64,000 bases of DNA from Nautiliales bacterium. GTDB taxonomy: Bacteria > Campylobacterota > Campylobacteria > Campylobacterales > JAADDX01. Shown piece by piece: positions 47,342 to 58,328 of this stretch. Both the position numbers and the translations under genes were made by a program. The DNA lies in assembly GCA_030826765.1 (NCBI GenBank), contig JAUUDM010000033.1, positions 6,254 to 70,253 on the forward strand, given 5' to 3'. Positions within the stretch are counted from its first letter, which is position 1; each line of letters opens with the position of its first letter. The notes under the pieces are model-generated. The model saw nothing but the letters and a program-made list of their open reading frames with translations. It was not told where the DNA came from and ran no database searches.

Positions 47342-48922
47342 TTAAAGGCTTGGTCCTGCTTTTGAATAATCTTCCTCTGTTTTAGCATCTGCATATCTTT
47401 TGAAATTTTCTATAAACATTCCTGCAAGTTTTTTAACAGTTGCATCATATTCTTCTTTGTTTTCCCAAGTATTTCTTGGATTTAATACATTATTATCAGC
47501 TACACCTTCTAAAGTTTTTGGAATTTGAAGATTAAATACTGGTAAAGTTTCAAATTCTGCATCATTGATACTTCCATTTAAAATACCATTTATACAAGCT
47601 CTTGTATCTTTGATACTCATTCTTTTTCCAACACCATAAGCTCCACCAGTCCATCCTGTATTTACAAGATATACATTAACTTGGTGTTTATCAATTTTTT
47701 CTCCAAGAAGTTTAGCATAATCAGTTGGATGAAGTGGTAAAAATGGTTCACCAAAACATGCACTAAATGTTGCTACTGGTTCTGTAATTCCTCTTTCTGT
47801 CCCTGCTACTTTTGCAGTATATCCACTTAGGAAATAGTACATTGCTTGCTCTTTTGTAAGTTTAGAAACTGGTGGTAAAACTCCAAATGCATCAGCAGTT
47901 AAGAAAATAATATTTTTAGGATGTCCACCTCTTAGTGTACATTCGTGATTTTCAATATGTTCAATTGTATAAGAAACTCTTGTATTTTCAGTTTTTCTTC
48001 CATCTTCAAAATTTACTCCACCATCTTCATTTAAAACTACGTTTTCAAGTAATGCACCTCTTTTGATAGCTCCATAAATTTCTGGTTCACTTTTAGGATC
48101 TAAGTTAATAACTTTTGCATAACATCCACCTTCGAAGTTAAACACACCTTCATCATCCCATCCGTGTTCATCATCACCAATTAATCTTCTCTCAGGGTCA
48201 GTTGAAAGAGTAGTTTTTCCTGTTCCACTTAAACCAAAGAAAAGTGCAACATCATCATCTTTTCCTATATTTGCAGAACAGTGCATAGAAAGTTTTCCTT
48301 CAAGTGGAAGCCAATAATTCATCATAGTGAAAATTCCTTTTTTAAGCTCTCCACCATATAATGTTCCACCCATTACAGCCATACTTTCTTCTACATTAAA
48401 TGCAATAAACACATCAGAATTTAATCCTTGTTCTTTGAATTTATCATTTCTTACACCACTTGCTACATAAAAAGTAAAATCTGGATTGAAAGTTTCTAAT
48501 TCTTCTTTTGTAGGAACAATAAACATATTTTCAACAAAATGTGCTTGCCAAGCTGTTTTTGTAACAAATCTAATAGCTCTTCTACTATTACCAACACCTG
48601 TAAATACATCAATAATATATAAATCACTATTTGAAAGTTCTTTTCTTGAAATTTCTAAAAGATGATTAAAAACTTCTAATGAAATTGGTTGATTAATTTC
48701 TCCCCACGCAATATTATCTTCACTTGGTTTTTGTTTTACAAAATATTTATCTTTTGGACTTCTACCAGTAAAAATTCCAGTATCCACAGCAGTAGCTCCA
48801 AGAGATGTCATCTCAACTTCACCAGCTTTCATAGTATCTTCAATTAATTCATCATAACTTGGATTATATTTAATATTTCCTATATTTTCTAATTTTAAAT
48901 CTTCTAAATTATTGATTTTCAA
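47342..48922 (-). CDS. pckA: Phosphoenolpyruvate carboxykinase (ATP)
   Basis: [49 protein letters not shown]; TTG start. Confidence 0.98.
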   Translation of the reverse strand: MKINNLEDLKLENIGNIKYNPSYDELIEDTMKAGEVEMTSLGATAVDTGIFTGRSPKDKYFVKQKPSEDNIAWGEINQPISLEVFNHLLEISRKELSNSDLYIIDVFTGVGNSRRAIRFVTKTAWQAHFVENMFIVPTKEELETFNPDFTFYVASGVRNDKFKEQGLNSDVFIAFNVEESMAVMGGTLYGGELKKGIFTMMNYWLPLEGKLSMHCSANIGKDDDVALFFGLSGTGKTTLSTDPERRLIGDDEHGWDDEGVFNFEGGCYAKVINLDPKSEPEIYGAIKRGALLENVVLNEDGGVNFEDGRKTENTRVSYTIEHIENHECTLRGGHPKNIIFLTADAFGVLPPVSKLTKEQAMYYFLSGYTAKVAGTERGITEPVATFSACFGEPFLPLHPTDYAKLLGEKIDKHQVNVYLVNTGWTGGAYGVGKRMSIKDTRACINGILNGSINDAEFETLPVFNLQIPKTLEGVADNNVLNPRNTWENKEEYDATVKKLAGMFIENFKRYADAKTEEDYSKAGPSL

Positions 48923-49776
48923 TTTTTATCCTTTGAATTTTTTTTGTTATTATATAACTTTTTTTTTGAAATGTTGCTTAGTTTTATAAAATATATAATA
49001 ATTCCAGCCAAAATCATTACAAAACTTAACAATTCTCCCATTGTAAAATGCATAAAAATAAATCCAAGTTGTGGATCTGGTTCTCTAAACATTTCACAAA
49101 AACTTCTTGCCATTCCATATAAAATCATATAAAGAGCAATCAATTCTCCATCAAATTTTTTCTTTTTTCTATATAAAAATAGAATTATAAAAATAAATAC
49201 ACCTTCAAAAAAAGCTTCAAAAAGTTGTGATGGATATCTCAAAACTCCATTTACATAAATTCCAATATCACTTTCAGTAACTCTTCCAACTAATCTTTGA
49301 TTTAGAAAATTACCAATTCTTCCAAAAACATATCCAGCAGGAACTGCAACTGCTACAATATCTAGCAGTTTCCACATATCAACTTTATATTTTTTAACAA
49401 ATAAAAAAGTAGCAATAGCAAATCCAATAACTGCCCCGTGGTAACTCATTCCGGCAATTCCTACAAATTTACCATTTACAAATGGATTAAACATTTGCCA
49501 GGGATGAGTAAAATAGTATAAATTATTTGGTACATAAAATATAAAATACCCTATTCTAGCTCCCAAAATCACACCAATTTCAACCCAAATAAAATAGTTA
49601 TCAAGTAAAGTCTCACTAATACTTAATTTATCTTTTTTTACTATCCATTTTGCTGCATATAAAGCACTTAAAAGTGCTAAAATATACATAATTCCATACC
49701 AATGAACTTTTAAACCAAAAATTTCAAAAGCTATCGGATTAAAATGCGCATAAATATGATGCCAAAAATCTATCAT
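48919..49776 (-). CDS. lgt: Prolipoprotein diacylglyceryl transferase
   Basis: HWYG, LGARIGY, GMSYHG, GRIGNF, YPSQL.E, E.FREPD. Start moved to ATG 49776. Confidence 0.96.
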   Translation of the reverse strand: MIDFWHHIYAHFNPIAFEIFGLKVHWYGIMYILALLSALYAAKWIVKKDKLSISETLLDNYFIWVEIGVILGARIGYFIFYVPNNLYYFTHPWQMFNPFVNGKFVGIAGMSYHGAVIGFAIATFLFVKKYKVDMWKLLDIVAVAVPAGYVFGRIGNFLNQRLVGRVTESDIGIYVNGVLRYPSQLFEAFFEGVFIFIILFLYRKKKKFDGELIALYMILYGMARSFCEMFREPDPQLGFIFMHFTMGELLSFVMILAGIIIYFIKLSNISKKKLYNNKKNSKDKN

Positions 49777-50870
49777 TTTTCCCTCTTTAAAACTACACCA
49801 CATTCCATATGATTAGTCCAAGGAAACTGGTCAAAAAATGCAAATGCTTTTATCTTTCTTCCTTCACTTAGGGTTTCTAAATCTCTTTTTAATGTTTCAG
49901 GATTACAAGAAATATAGATAATATTTTCAAAACTATCTACAAATTTTCTACTTTTATCATCAAGCCCTGCACGAGGTGGGTCAATAAGTATATTTTGTAA
50001 ATCATATTTTTTTATAAGTGGAGAATCTTCATCTTTTAGTCTTGCAAAATCAGCTGCACTCATTGCCAAAAATGTAATATTATCTATTCCATTTATATCA
50101 GCATTATAAAAAGCAGCATCTATAGATTGCTGTGAAATTTCAGTCGCTATAACTTTTCTAAATCTTTTTGAAAGAGGTATTGTAAAATTTCCATTTCCAC
50201 AATAAAGCTCTACTAAATCACCTTTAAGCTCTTCAGAAGAATCCATCGCCCAAGTTATCATCTTCTCAGCCATTTTTCTATTTGGTTGAGTAAATGTTGC
50301 TTCAATTTGTTTATATTTATAAACCTCATCTTTTATATTAAGTTCTTCAATTAAGTAATTCTTATCTAAAAATAGTTTTTTACCTTTTCTTCTTACTACA
50401 AAATCACAATTTTTAAATTTATCTTTTAAAGCATAAATATGAGGTTTCATCTCCTCTTCATCCCATTTTTTGTGATAAATCAGAGTTACAATCAATTCAC
50501 CTTTTGAATTACTTAAATATTCTACTGCATATAGTTTAGTTTTAAGATATTCATCTTTTATAATCTCTTCTAGCATTGGCTTCATAATATCACTAATTGA
50601 TTTATCTACAATATTACATTCATCAATTGTAACTATTCTTCTTTCACGCAGTCCAAACATTCCATAATCACATCTATCCCCATCGTGCCAGATTCTAAAC
50701 TCGGCTCTTGCTCTAAAATGTTCATCACTTCCTGTAAAAACTTCTAATTTAGGCATATCAAACTGACTAAACATATCAACTAATTTATTTTTTTTCATTT
50801 CAACTTGTTCTTCATACGGTATTTGATACAATACACAACTTCCACATTTACCAAAACTACTACAATTCAT
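49773..50870 (-). CDS. trmA: tRNA (uridine(54)-C5)-methyltransferase
   Basis: [42 protein letters not shown]. Confidence 0.95.
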   Translation of the reverse strand: MNCSSFGKCGSCVLYQIPYEEQVEMKKNKLVDMFSQFDMPKLEVFTGSDEHFRARAEFRIWHDGDRCDYGMFGLRERRIVTIDECNIVDKSISDIMKPMLEEIIKDEYLKTKLYAVEYLSNSKGELIVTLIYHKKWDEEEMKPHIYALKDKFKNCDFVVRRKGKKLFLDKNYLIEELNIKDEVYKYKQIEATFTQPNRKMAEKMITWAMDSSEELKGDLVELYCGNGNFTIPLSKRFRKVIATEISQQSIDAAFYNADINGIDNITFLAMSAADFARLKDEDSPLIKKYDLQNILIDPPRAGLDDKSRKFVDSFENIIYISCNPETLKRDLETLSEGRKIKAFAFFDQFPWTNHMECGVVLKREK

Positions 50871-50879
50871 AATTATCCT

Positions 50880-51626
50880 TTATTTAAAACTTAAAACTAA
50901 ATTTTGAACCAATAAATTCCATCCATCAACTAAAACAAAAACTAACAACTTAAACGGCATTGAAATCATAACTGGTGGTAGCATCATCATACCTAAACTC
51001 ATCAAAATTGCACTTACTACCATATCAATGATTAAAAATGGTAAATATATTAAAAATCCAATCTCAAAAGCTGTTTTAAGTTCACTTATCATAAAAGCTG
51101 GAATTAAAGTTGTCAAATCCACATCTTTTACAGTTTTAGGATTTGGTAAATGTCTAATTCTATAAAAAAGTGCTAAATCTTTCTCACGAGTATTTTTAAT
51201 CATAAAATTTTTAAAGGGTGCAACTCCCTTACTAAACGCCTCTTCATAACCTATTTTTTCTTCTATATATGGCTTAATTGCATTATTATAAGACTGCACT
51301 ACATAAGGTTTCATTATAAAAAATGTCAAAACTAAAGCTAAACTCACTAAAATTTGAGCAGGAGGCATTTGCTGTGTTCCTAATGCTTGCTTTAAAAATG
51401 AAAAAACAACAAGAAGTCTAACAAATGAAGTCATAACTAAAACTATACTTGGTGCTAAAACAAGTAAAGTCATAATAATAACTATATTTAATGATTTTAC
51501 TAGTTGTGTTGGACTATTAGGTGTAGTTAGACTTAAATTTACCATAGGTATTGGAGGTGCATTAACATCTGCCCCAAATATACCAATTGGAAGTAAAATT
51601 ATAAATAAAATTATAATTTTTTTCAC
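50880..51626 (-). CDS. fliP: Flagellar export apparatus protein FliP
   Basis: MTSF.R, QQMPP, PAFMISEL..AF, GMMMLPP...PFKL..FVLVDGW; GTG start. Confidence 0.97.
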   Translation of the reverse strand: MKKIIILFIILLPIGIFGADVNAPPIPMVNLSLTTPNSPTQLVKSLNIVIIMTLLVLAPSIVLVMTSFVRLLVVFSFLKQALGTQQMPPAQILVSLALVLTFFIMKPYVVQSYNNAIKPYIEEKIGYEEAFSKGVAPFKNFMIKNTREKDLALFYRIRHLPNPKTVKDVDLTTLIPAFMISELKTAFEIGFLIYLPFLIIDMVVSAILMSLGMMMLPPVMISMPFKLLVFVLVDGWNLLVQNLVLSFK

Positions 51627-52399
51627 TTTGTATTATCCAATACTGATTTTTGAATTTTTTGAGCATTTTTAATTACATTTTTCTGAGCAAAAAATATAAT
51701 ATCAACTCTTCTATTTTTCTTTTTACCTTCAGGTGTTGCGTTTGTCGTTATTGGATGAGAATCTCCATATCCAGCAAAACTAAGCTTTTTTGGATTTACT
51801 CTAAATTTGATTAAATATCTAACTACAGTTAAAGCTCTTGCCCCACTTAACTCCCAATTATCTTGATAAGGAGATGTTTTAGCTAAAGGTGTATTATCGG
51901 TAAAACCTCTTACTTGTACTTGAACTTCTGGTGGAAGTGTTTTTATAATTAAAGCTATTCTTTTTAAAAATAAAATAGAATCTTCATTATAAATTTCAGC
52001 TGTTCCTGGTTTAAAAGAAATATCGGCAGGCAAATGAACTATTAACCCTTCTTCTGCTTCTTCTAAAGAGATAGCACTTCCAGCCATTCCTTGTTTTAAT
52101 TCATTAAACTCTTTTACTGCTTGAGAAACTTCTTTTGCCATTTGTGATGCGTTTTGTGGTACTGGTGATTGAGTTGTAGGTGTTCCTTTTTTAATGGAAG
52201 TTTTTGTAATAGTTCCACCTTCTAAAATCCCCATACTCCCCTGCAAACTTCCTATTGCCTCTTCTATTTTTTTTGCATCCATAGTTGACATAGAAAGAAG
52301 TAAAACGAAAAAACATAATAGAAGACTCATCAAGTCACCGAATGTAGCAAGCCACTCAGGCATACATTCAGGACATTCACATTTACATTTTTTTGCCAT
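51623..52399 (-). CDS. motB: Flagellar stator B subunit (MotB/PomB-like)
   Basis: TM WLATFGDLMSLLLCFFVLL with the essential Asp; OmpA-like domain (NWELS..RA, NRRV). Confidence 0.95.
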   Translation of the reverse strand: MAKKCKCECPECMPEWLATFGDLMSLLLCFFVLLLSMSTMDAKKIEEAIGSLQGSMGILEGGTITKTSIKKGTPTTQSPVPQNASQMAKEVSQAVKEFNELKQGMAGSAISLEEAEEGLIVHLPADISFKPGTAEIYNEDSILFLKRIALIIKTLPPEVQVQVRGFTDNTPLAKTSPYQDNWELSGARALTVVRYLIKFRVNPKKLSFAGYGDSHPITTNATPEGKKKNRRVDIIFFAQKNVIKNAQKIQKSVLDNTK

Positions 52400-52402
52400 T
52401 TT

Positions 52403-53170
52403 TTACTCGAATTGACTTTGTCTTTGGGCTGGTGGTAAAAAGCTTAATAGTTTTGCTTCTAATGTTCTAGGATTATCTCCTGATTGAATAGACATAATTC
52501 CCTCAATAATCATAGTCTTAGCTAAAATTTCATCACTATTTCTAAGACCTAACTTCCCAGCAATAGGACCACCAAAAATATTCCCAATCATTGCTCCATA
52601 AAGAGTTGTAAGTAAGGCAACGGCCATTGCTGGACCAATCGCAGAAGGATCAGCCATATTTAAAAGCATAGCAACAAGACCAACCAGTGTACCAATCATA
52701 CCCATAGCTCCAGCAAGTCCTGCCCAACCACTAAAAATAGAGGCCATTGTTTTATGTCTTTCATCCATTTGTTCCATATCTATTTCTAAAAGTTCTCTAA
52801 TAGTATCAGGTTCATTTCCATCCACTGCCATAGAAAGACCTTTTTTCAAAAATTCATCTTCTTCATTAGCAACAGGTCCTTCCAGAGCTAAAATTCCATC
52901 TCTTCTTGCTTGTGTAGCATACTCTACAAGTTTTTTAATAAGTTCTGGAAAATCTGGTTGATAACTTGGCTTAATTGCCAACATAAATACTTTTGCAAAT
53001 TGTGTCATATGCTCCATTTTAAAGTTAATAAATAGAGTCATAATAGAACCAATTACAACAATTAGTACTGATTGTGGATCAATATAAGGTCCAATACCAA
53101 CCCCCATAGCCATTGCTGCAACAATAAGCCCAAGTGCACCAACAAGCCCTATGACTGTAGCTAAATCCAA
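52403..53170 (-). CDS. motA: Flagellar stator A subunit (MotA/PomA-like)
   Basis: ARRDGILALE, GMIGTLVGL, IGPAMAVALLTTLYG; TTG start. Confidence 0.95.
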   Translation of the reverse strand: MDLATVIGLVGALGLIVAAMAMGVGIGPYIDPQSVLIVVIGSIMTLFINFKMEHMTQFAKVFMLAIKPSYQPDFPELIKKLVEYATQARRDGILALEGPVANEEDEFLKKGLSMAVDGNEPDTIRELLEIDMEQMDERHKTMASIFSGWAGLAGAMGMIGTLVGLVAMLLNMADPSAIGPAMAVALLTTLYGAMIGNIFGGPIAGKLGLRNSDEILAKTMIIEGIMSIQSGDNPRTLEAKLLSFLPPAQRQSQFE

Positions 53171-53194
53171 TTTTATATTCCTTTTATAATTTTT

Positions 53195-53210
53195 TGCTAT
53201 AATTATAACA
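53195..53210. promoter_or_regulatory. Overlapping bidirectional extended -10 elements (glmU / motA)
   Basis: TGCTATAATTATAACA: plus TGCTATAAT, minus TGTTATAAT. Confidence 0.65.
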
Positions 53211-53233
53211 AATTTTTATAAAAAAGGGTTTAA

Positions 53234-54526
53234 ATGTTATCTGTTATTATTATGGCCGCTGGAAAAGGGACAAGAATGAAATCAAATTTACCAAAAGTTT
53301 TACATAAAATTAGTGGTAAAGAAATGTTATTTTATTCTATAAATGAAGCTAAAAAATTATCAAATAATATAAATGTCGTAGTTTATCATCAAAAAGAAAA
53401 AGTAATTGAAACTATGGAAAAATATTTTGATGATGTTGAATTTATAACACAAGACCATGAAAATTTCCCTGGAACTGGTGGTGCAGTTAAATGTTGTAAT
53501 CCTAAAAATGAAAAAGTTTTTATTCTAAATGGAGATATGCCTTTAGTTACAAGTGAAGAACTTCAAAAATTTAACAAAATTGACGCTGATATTGTAATGA
53601 GTGTAATAAAACTTGATAATCCTAATGGTTATGGAAGAGTAGTTATTAAAAATGATAAAGTAACAAAAATTATAGAACAAAAAGATGCAAATGAGGAAGA
53701 ATTAAAAATAAAATTTGTAAATGCTGGAGTTTATTTAATTAAAAAAGAGATTTTAGATGAATTCTTACCTAAATTAAATAATAATAATTCTCAAAAAGAA
53801 TATTATTTAACTGATATTATTGATTTGGCAAATAAAGCTGGAAAAACTATAAAAGCTATTGAAGTAAAAGAAGAAGATTTTAAAGGTGTAAATTCTAAAT
53901 TTGATTTAGCAAATGCAGAAATTATTCATCAAAATAGAATAAAAGAAAAATGGATGAGAAAGGGTGTAATTATGCATTTACCTCAAACTATTTTCATAGA
54001 AGATGATGTAGAATTTATAGGTGAATGTGAAATTGAAAGTGGATGTGTATTCAAAGGAAAATCTGTAATAAAAGAGAGTTATATAAAAGCAAATACAATT
54101 ATTGAAGATGCTGAAATTGAAAATTCTGAAATTGGACCAATGGCGAGAATAAGACCTGCTTCAAAAATAATAGATAGTAAAATTGGAAACTTTGTAGAAA
54201 TCAAAAAATCAACTCTAAATGATGTAAAAGCTGGACATTTAAGCTATTTAGGTGATGCCCAAATAGAAAGTGGAACAAATATAGGAGCTGGAACAATTAC
54301 TTGTAATTACGATGGTATTAATAAATATAAAACAAAAATAGGCAAAAATGTTTTTATTGGAAGTGATTCTCAATTAGTAGCACCTATTGTGATTGAAGAT
54401 GATGTAATGATAGCAGCTGGAAGTACTATTACAAAAGATGTAAAAAAAGGTGACTTAGCAATATCAAGAACTCCTCAAAAATCTGTAAAAGGGTTCTTTT
54501 ATAAATTTTTTAAAAAGGATAAGTAA
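53234..54526 (+). CDS. glmU: Bifunctional UDP-GlcNAc pyrophosphorylase / GlcN-1-P acetyltransferase
   Basis: [36 protein letters not shown]. Confidence 0.98.
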   Translation: MLSVIIMAAGKGTRMKSNLPKVLHKISGKEMLFYSINEAKKLSNNINVVVYHQKEKVIETMEKYFDDVEFITQDHENFPGTGGAVKCCNPKNEKVFILNGDMPLVTSEELQKFNKIDADIVMSVIKLDNPNGYGRVVIKNDKVTKIIEQKDANEEELKIKFVNAGVYLIKKEILDEFLPKLNNNNSQKEYYLTDIIDLANKAGKTIKAIEVKEEDFKGVNSKFDLANAEIIHQNRIKEKWMRKGVIMHLPQTIFIEDDVEFIGECEIESGCVFKGKSVIKESYIKANTIIEDAEIENSEIGPMARIRPASKIIDSKIGNFVEIKKSTLNDVKAGHLSYLGDAQIESGTNIGAGTITCNYDGINKYKTKIGKNVFIGSDSQLVAPIVIEDDVMIAAGSTITKDVKKGDLAISRTPQKSVKGFFYKFFKKDK

Positions 54527-55773
54527 TGAATTATATTATAAATTTCTTTCAAAATATGTCAATAAAACAAAAACTATATCAAAATGCTTTTTGGGCTACA
54601 ATTTATATGCTAATACTTGGTTTAGTGGGTTTATATTTTTTAAACGAAATTGGAAATTTAATTGATAAACATGAATTAGAAGACATTAAAGAAAAAATAG
54701 AATTTGCAAAAGAAGTTATAATTTCTTTAAATATAATTTTTGCTATTATTATAATATTTTTTTCTATATTTTTTGCAAAAATAATATCTTCTCCTATATT
54801 AAAATTAGAAAAAGAAATTACAGATCTTTCACAAACAAAAAATTTAACTAAAAATATAGATTTAGGAACAAAAGATGAAATAGGAGAAATATCAAAATAT
54901 ATACTTAATTTAGTAGAAACTATTAGAGAAACATTAACTAATACCATACATGAAATAAATAAAAGTACTCCTTTAGTAAACAGTGTTGATACTGGTTCTA
55001 AGGAATTAATAAAAAAAATAGAATTACAAAATGAAAAAATTACTATTATAAAAAATATAATAGATGATTTATATCAAAGAATTGATAAAATGGAAGAAGA
55101 TATAATTTCTACTACTGATGATTCGCAAAAAGTTAAAAAGATCTTAACTATATTTAGTGGAGAGTTAGATAAAAGTGTAGCAGATATTACCAATACACAA
55201 AAAGAAGAAGAAGAATTAGCAGCACAAGCTTATAGCTTAAAAGAATCTTCTGAACAATCAAAAGAAGTAATAGAAATTATAAAAACTATTTCTGAACAAA
55301 CAGAATTATTATCATTAAATGCAGCAATTGAAGCAGCAAGGGCAGGAGAAGCTGGAAGAGGTTTTGCTGTAGTTGCTGATGAAGTTAGAAAGTTAGCTGA
55401 GAGAACAAATAAAGCATTAATTGAAATTAATTCTATTATAAATACTATTTCAGAAGGTGCTCAAAATATGTCTAATGAAATAATAGGAAATAGTCAAAAA
55501 ATGAATAATATTGCTAATAATGCTCAAAATTTAAAAAATAAATTATTAGAAGTTACAACTAATTTAGATAACACTATAAATAAATCTTTACAAGCAACAC
55601 AAGAATCAACTTATATTTCTATCCAAACAAAAGAGCTCATGAAACTTAGTTTAGACATTACAGAGTTATCACATTCTAATTTAAAATTTGCTAAAAAAAC
55701 AACTAAAAATATTCAAAAAACTATCAATTCATTAAAATCAATTGAATCTTCAGCAAAAGAATTTAAAATATGA
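54526..55773 (+). CDS. Methyl-accepting chemotaxis protein with minimal periplasmic loop
   Basis: Two TM helices about 25 aa apart, HAMP (DEIGEI), [21 protein letters not shown]. Confidence 0.92.
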   Translation: MNYIINFFQNMSIKQKLYQNAFWATIYMLILGLVGLYFLNEIGNLIDKHELEDIKEKIEFAKEVIISLNIIFAIIIIFFSIFFAKIISSPILKLEKEITDLSQTKNLTKNIDLGTKDEIGEISKYILNLVETIRETLTNTIHEINKSTPLVNSVDTGSKELIKKIELQNEKITIIKNIIDDLYQRIDKMEEDIISTTDDSQKVKKILTIFSGELDKSVADITNTQKEEEELAAQAYSLKESSEQSKEVIEIIKTISEQTELLSLNAAIEAARAGEAGRGFAVVADEVRKLAERTNKALIEINSIINTISEGAQNMSNEIIGNSQKMNNIANNAQNLKNKLLEVTTNLDNTINKSLQATQESTYISIQTKELMKLSLDITELSHSNLKFAKKTTKNIQKTINSLKSIESSAKEFKI

Positions 55774-56927
55774 ATATATTAATTGGTGTAACAGGAAGTA
55801 TTGCAATTTATAAAACATTAGAACTTATTCGTTTGTTTGTAAAAAATGGAGATAATGTTAGAGTTATTATGACAAACTCAGCTAAAAAATTTATAAATCC
55901 ATTAACATTTAAAACTTTAACAAGAAACAAAATTTTAGATGAAACAACTGAAGATTGGAGTAATGATTTTAATCATATTGATATAGGTAAATGGGCTGAT
56001 ATTTTTATAATTGCCCCAGCTACTGCAAATACTGTAAATAAAATAAATGCAGGAATTGCAGATAATTTACTTTTACAAACTTATTTAGCATTTACCAAAG
56101 AAGTTTTAATAGCCCCAAGTGCTAATACAAATATGTATATGCATCCAACAACTCAAACAAGTCTAAAAAATCTACAAAAGGATTTAACAATTATAGAAGC
56201 AGATTCTGGGTTACTTGCTTGTGGTGATACTGGAATTGGAAAAATGGCAGATGTAAATGACATTTTTTACAAAAGTATGAGGATTTTAAATAAAAAAGAG
56301 TTTTGGTGCAATAAAAATGTAATAGTAACAGCAGGTGGAACTATAGAAAAAATAGATGACGTTAGATTTATTAGTAATTTTTCAAGTGGGAAAATGGGAG
56401 AAGCTTTGGCACTTGAGCTATATATTTCTGGAGCAAATGTTACACTTCTTAGCTCAAAAACACACAATTTACCAAAAGAGATAAAAATTATTGCTTTTGA
56501 AAGTGTGAAAAATTTAAAAACAAAACTTGATGAATTAACTCCTAAAAATGATTATTTATTTATGGCTGCAGCCGTAAGTGATTATTCTCCTATTTATTCA
56601 AAAGGAAAAATCAAAAAAGATAAATTAAATAGCAATACTTGGAAACTTGAAATGACAAAAAATATAGATATTTTAGCTTCTATAAATGGTATTAAAAAAA
56701 TTGGATTCAAAGCGGAAACAGATGAAAAAAATGCCCTAAATTCTGCTAAAAAAGCACTAATATCAAAAAATGCAAATGCAATTTGCTTGAATTTACTTAC
56801 AAAAAATAATTTTGGAAGTGATGAAAATGAAGTTATTTTCATTACAAAAGATAGTGAAACAAAAATACCACAAGCAAATAAAAGAGAAATTGCAAAAAAA
56901 ATAATAGAGCTAAGTCAAAATGTTTAA
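55770..56927 (+). CDS. coaBC: Bifunctional phosphopantothenoylcysteine decarboxylase/synthetase
   Basis: [47 protein letters not shown]. Confidence 0.97.
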   Translation: MNILIGVTGSIAIYKTLELIRLFVKNGDNVRVIMTNSAKKFINPLTFKTLTRNKILDETTEDWSNDFNHIDIGKWADIFIIAPATANTVNKINAGIADNLLLQTYLAFTKEVLIAPSANTNMYMHPTTQTSLKNLQKDLTIIEADSGLLACGDTGIGKMADVNDIFYKSMRILNKKEFWCNKNVIVTAGGTIEKIDDVRFISNFSSGKMGEALALELYISGANVTLLSSKTHNLPKEIKIIAFESVKNLKTKLDELTPKNDYLFMAAAVSDYSPIYSKGKIKKDKLNSNTWKLEMTKNIDILASINGIKKIGFKAETDEKNALNSAKKALISKNANAICLNLLTKNNFGSDENEVIFITKDSETKIPQANKREIAKKIIELSQNV

Positions 56928-57642
56928 TATTTCTCAAATTGGCAAAATTATGAAAGCCACAAACAGACTTAATATGCCAACTGAATTCAATTCAACTCTA
57001 CCTCTTACAATAACAGTAAAAAAACAACTAAACCCCATAAGATATCTACTTCAATTAGGTAAAAAAGAAGTAGAAGTAAAATCTTATACTAAATTAGAAA
57101 TCGGAGCAAATTATAAAGCACAAATCAATCAAACAGACAATAAAATAGAAATTAAAAACCTTTCAAAAATACCTACTATTTTTAATAAAATTCCTAAAAC
57201 TTTAAATTATACAATAGATGATTTAATCAAAGATGACTCTTTAAAAGATAATAAAAGTTATAAACATTTTTTATTAAATCATTTAGCAAATTCTAATTCA
57301 AAAGATGAATTTTTGTTTTTCACTCAACTTTTACTTGCTGATAATCAACAAATCAAACATCTTTTTATCAATGAAAAGAAAAAAAGAGCTTTAATGCAAT
57401 TAAAATATAAAAAAAACAGATTAAAATTTTATGGATTTTTTGAACATTTAGGAGCAATTGGAGGAGAAATGTTTTTGGCAGATACTATTTATCTAAATTT
57501 AATGGTAGAATTTCAAAATAGTTTAACTTTAATAAATCAAAATATTGATGAATTAAAAGGAATAGTTGTAAATATCAAACAAGAAAAAATAAAACCACTA
57601 TTTGAAGTAAGTAATAATAGTTTATTAAATCTAAAAGCATAA
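56920..57642 (+). CDS. Conserved hypothetical protein between coaBC and uppS
   Basis: 240 aa ORF overlapping the coaBC stop; no certain family. Confidence 0.75.
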   Translation: MFNISQIGKIMKATNRLNMPTEFNSTLPLTITVKKQLNPIRYLLQLGKKEVEVKSYTKLEIGANYKAQINQTDNKIEIKNLSKIPTIFNKIPKTLNYTIDDLIKDDSLKDNKSYKHFLLNHLANSNSKDEFLFFTQLLLADNQQIKHLFINEKKKRALMQLKYKKNRLKFYGFFEHLGAIGGEMFLADTIYLNLMVEFQNSLTLINQNIDELKGIVVNIKQEKIKPLFEVSNNSLLNLKA

Positions 57643-57653
57643 GGAAAAAAAAT

Positions 57654-58328
57654 ATGCATTTATCTATAATTATGGATGGAAATGGAAGATGGGCAAAAGC
57701 AAAGGGACTAAATAGAACTGAAGGGCACAAAAAAGGTGCCCAAGTTGTAAAAGAAATAACTACTTTTTGTGCTAATAATGATAAAATAAATTATTTAAGT
57801 TTATATGCATTTAGTACTGAAAATTGGAAAAGACCAAAATATGAGGTTGAATTTTTAATGAAATTATTAGATAATTGGCTTAAAAATGAGCTTGATACTT
57901 ATTTAAAAAATGAAGTTAAATTTGAAGTAATTGGAGATATTTCTAAGTTTTCAGATAAATTGCAAAAAAGAATTGAAATCACAAGAGAAAAAACAAAAAA
58001 TTTCACAAAACTTACTCAAGTTTTAGCACTAAATTATGGTGGTAGAGATGAAATTACAAGAGCAGTTAAAAAATTATGCGATAATAAAGAAAAAATAAGT
58101 GACGAAAATATAAATAAATATTTAGATACAGCTATTCATAATATTCCAGATGTAGATTTACTTATTAGAACGAGTGGAGAAATTAGAGTTAGTAACTTTT
58201 TATTGTGGCAAATTGCTTATGCTGAAATGTTTTTTACAAAAACTTTATGGCCAGATTTTACTCCACAAGAATTAGAAAAAATAATAGAAGATTTTGAAAA
58301 AAGGGAAAGAAGATATGGAGGTATATAA
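57654..58328 (+). CDS. uppS: Undecaprenyl diphosphate synthase
   Basis: IMDGNGRWA, FSTENW.RP, NYGGR, RTSGE.R.SNFLLWQ. Confidence 0.98.
   Translation: MHLSIIMDGNGRWAKAKGLNRTEGHKKGAQVVKEITTFCANNDKINYLSLYAFSTENWKRPKYEVEFLMKLLDNWLKNELDTYLKNEVKFEVIGDISKFSDKLQKRIEITREKTKNFTKLTQVLALNYGGRDEITRAVKKLCDNKEKISDENINKYLDTAIHNIPDVDLLIRTSGEIRVSNFLLWQIAYAEMFFTKTLWPDFTPQELEKIIEDFEKRERRYGGI

Noticed and set aside
36790-55773. Three signalling genes all ending in aaatATGA overlapping the next start, as a possible insertion-site signature
   Set aside because: ATGA overlaps are common throughout the window (lemA, batA, addB, hisG), and an ATA codon before the stop is expected at this AT content.
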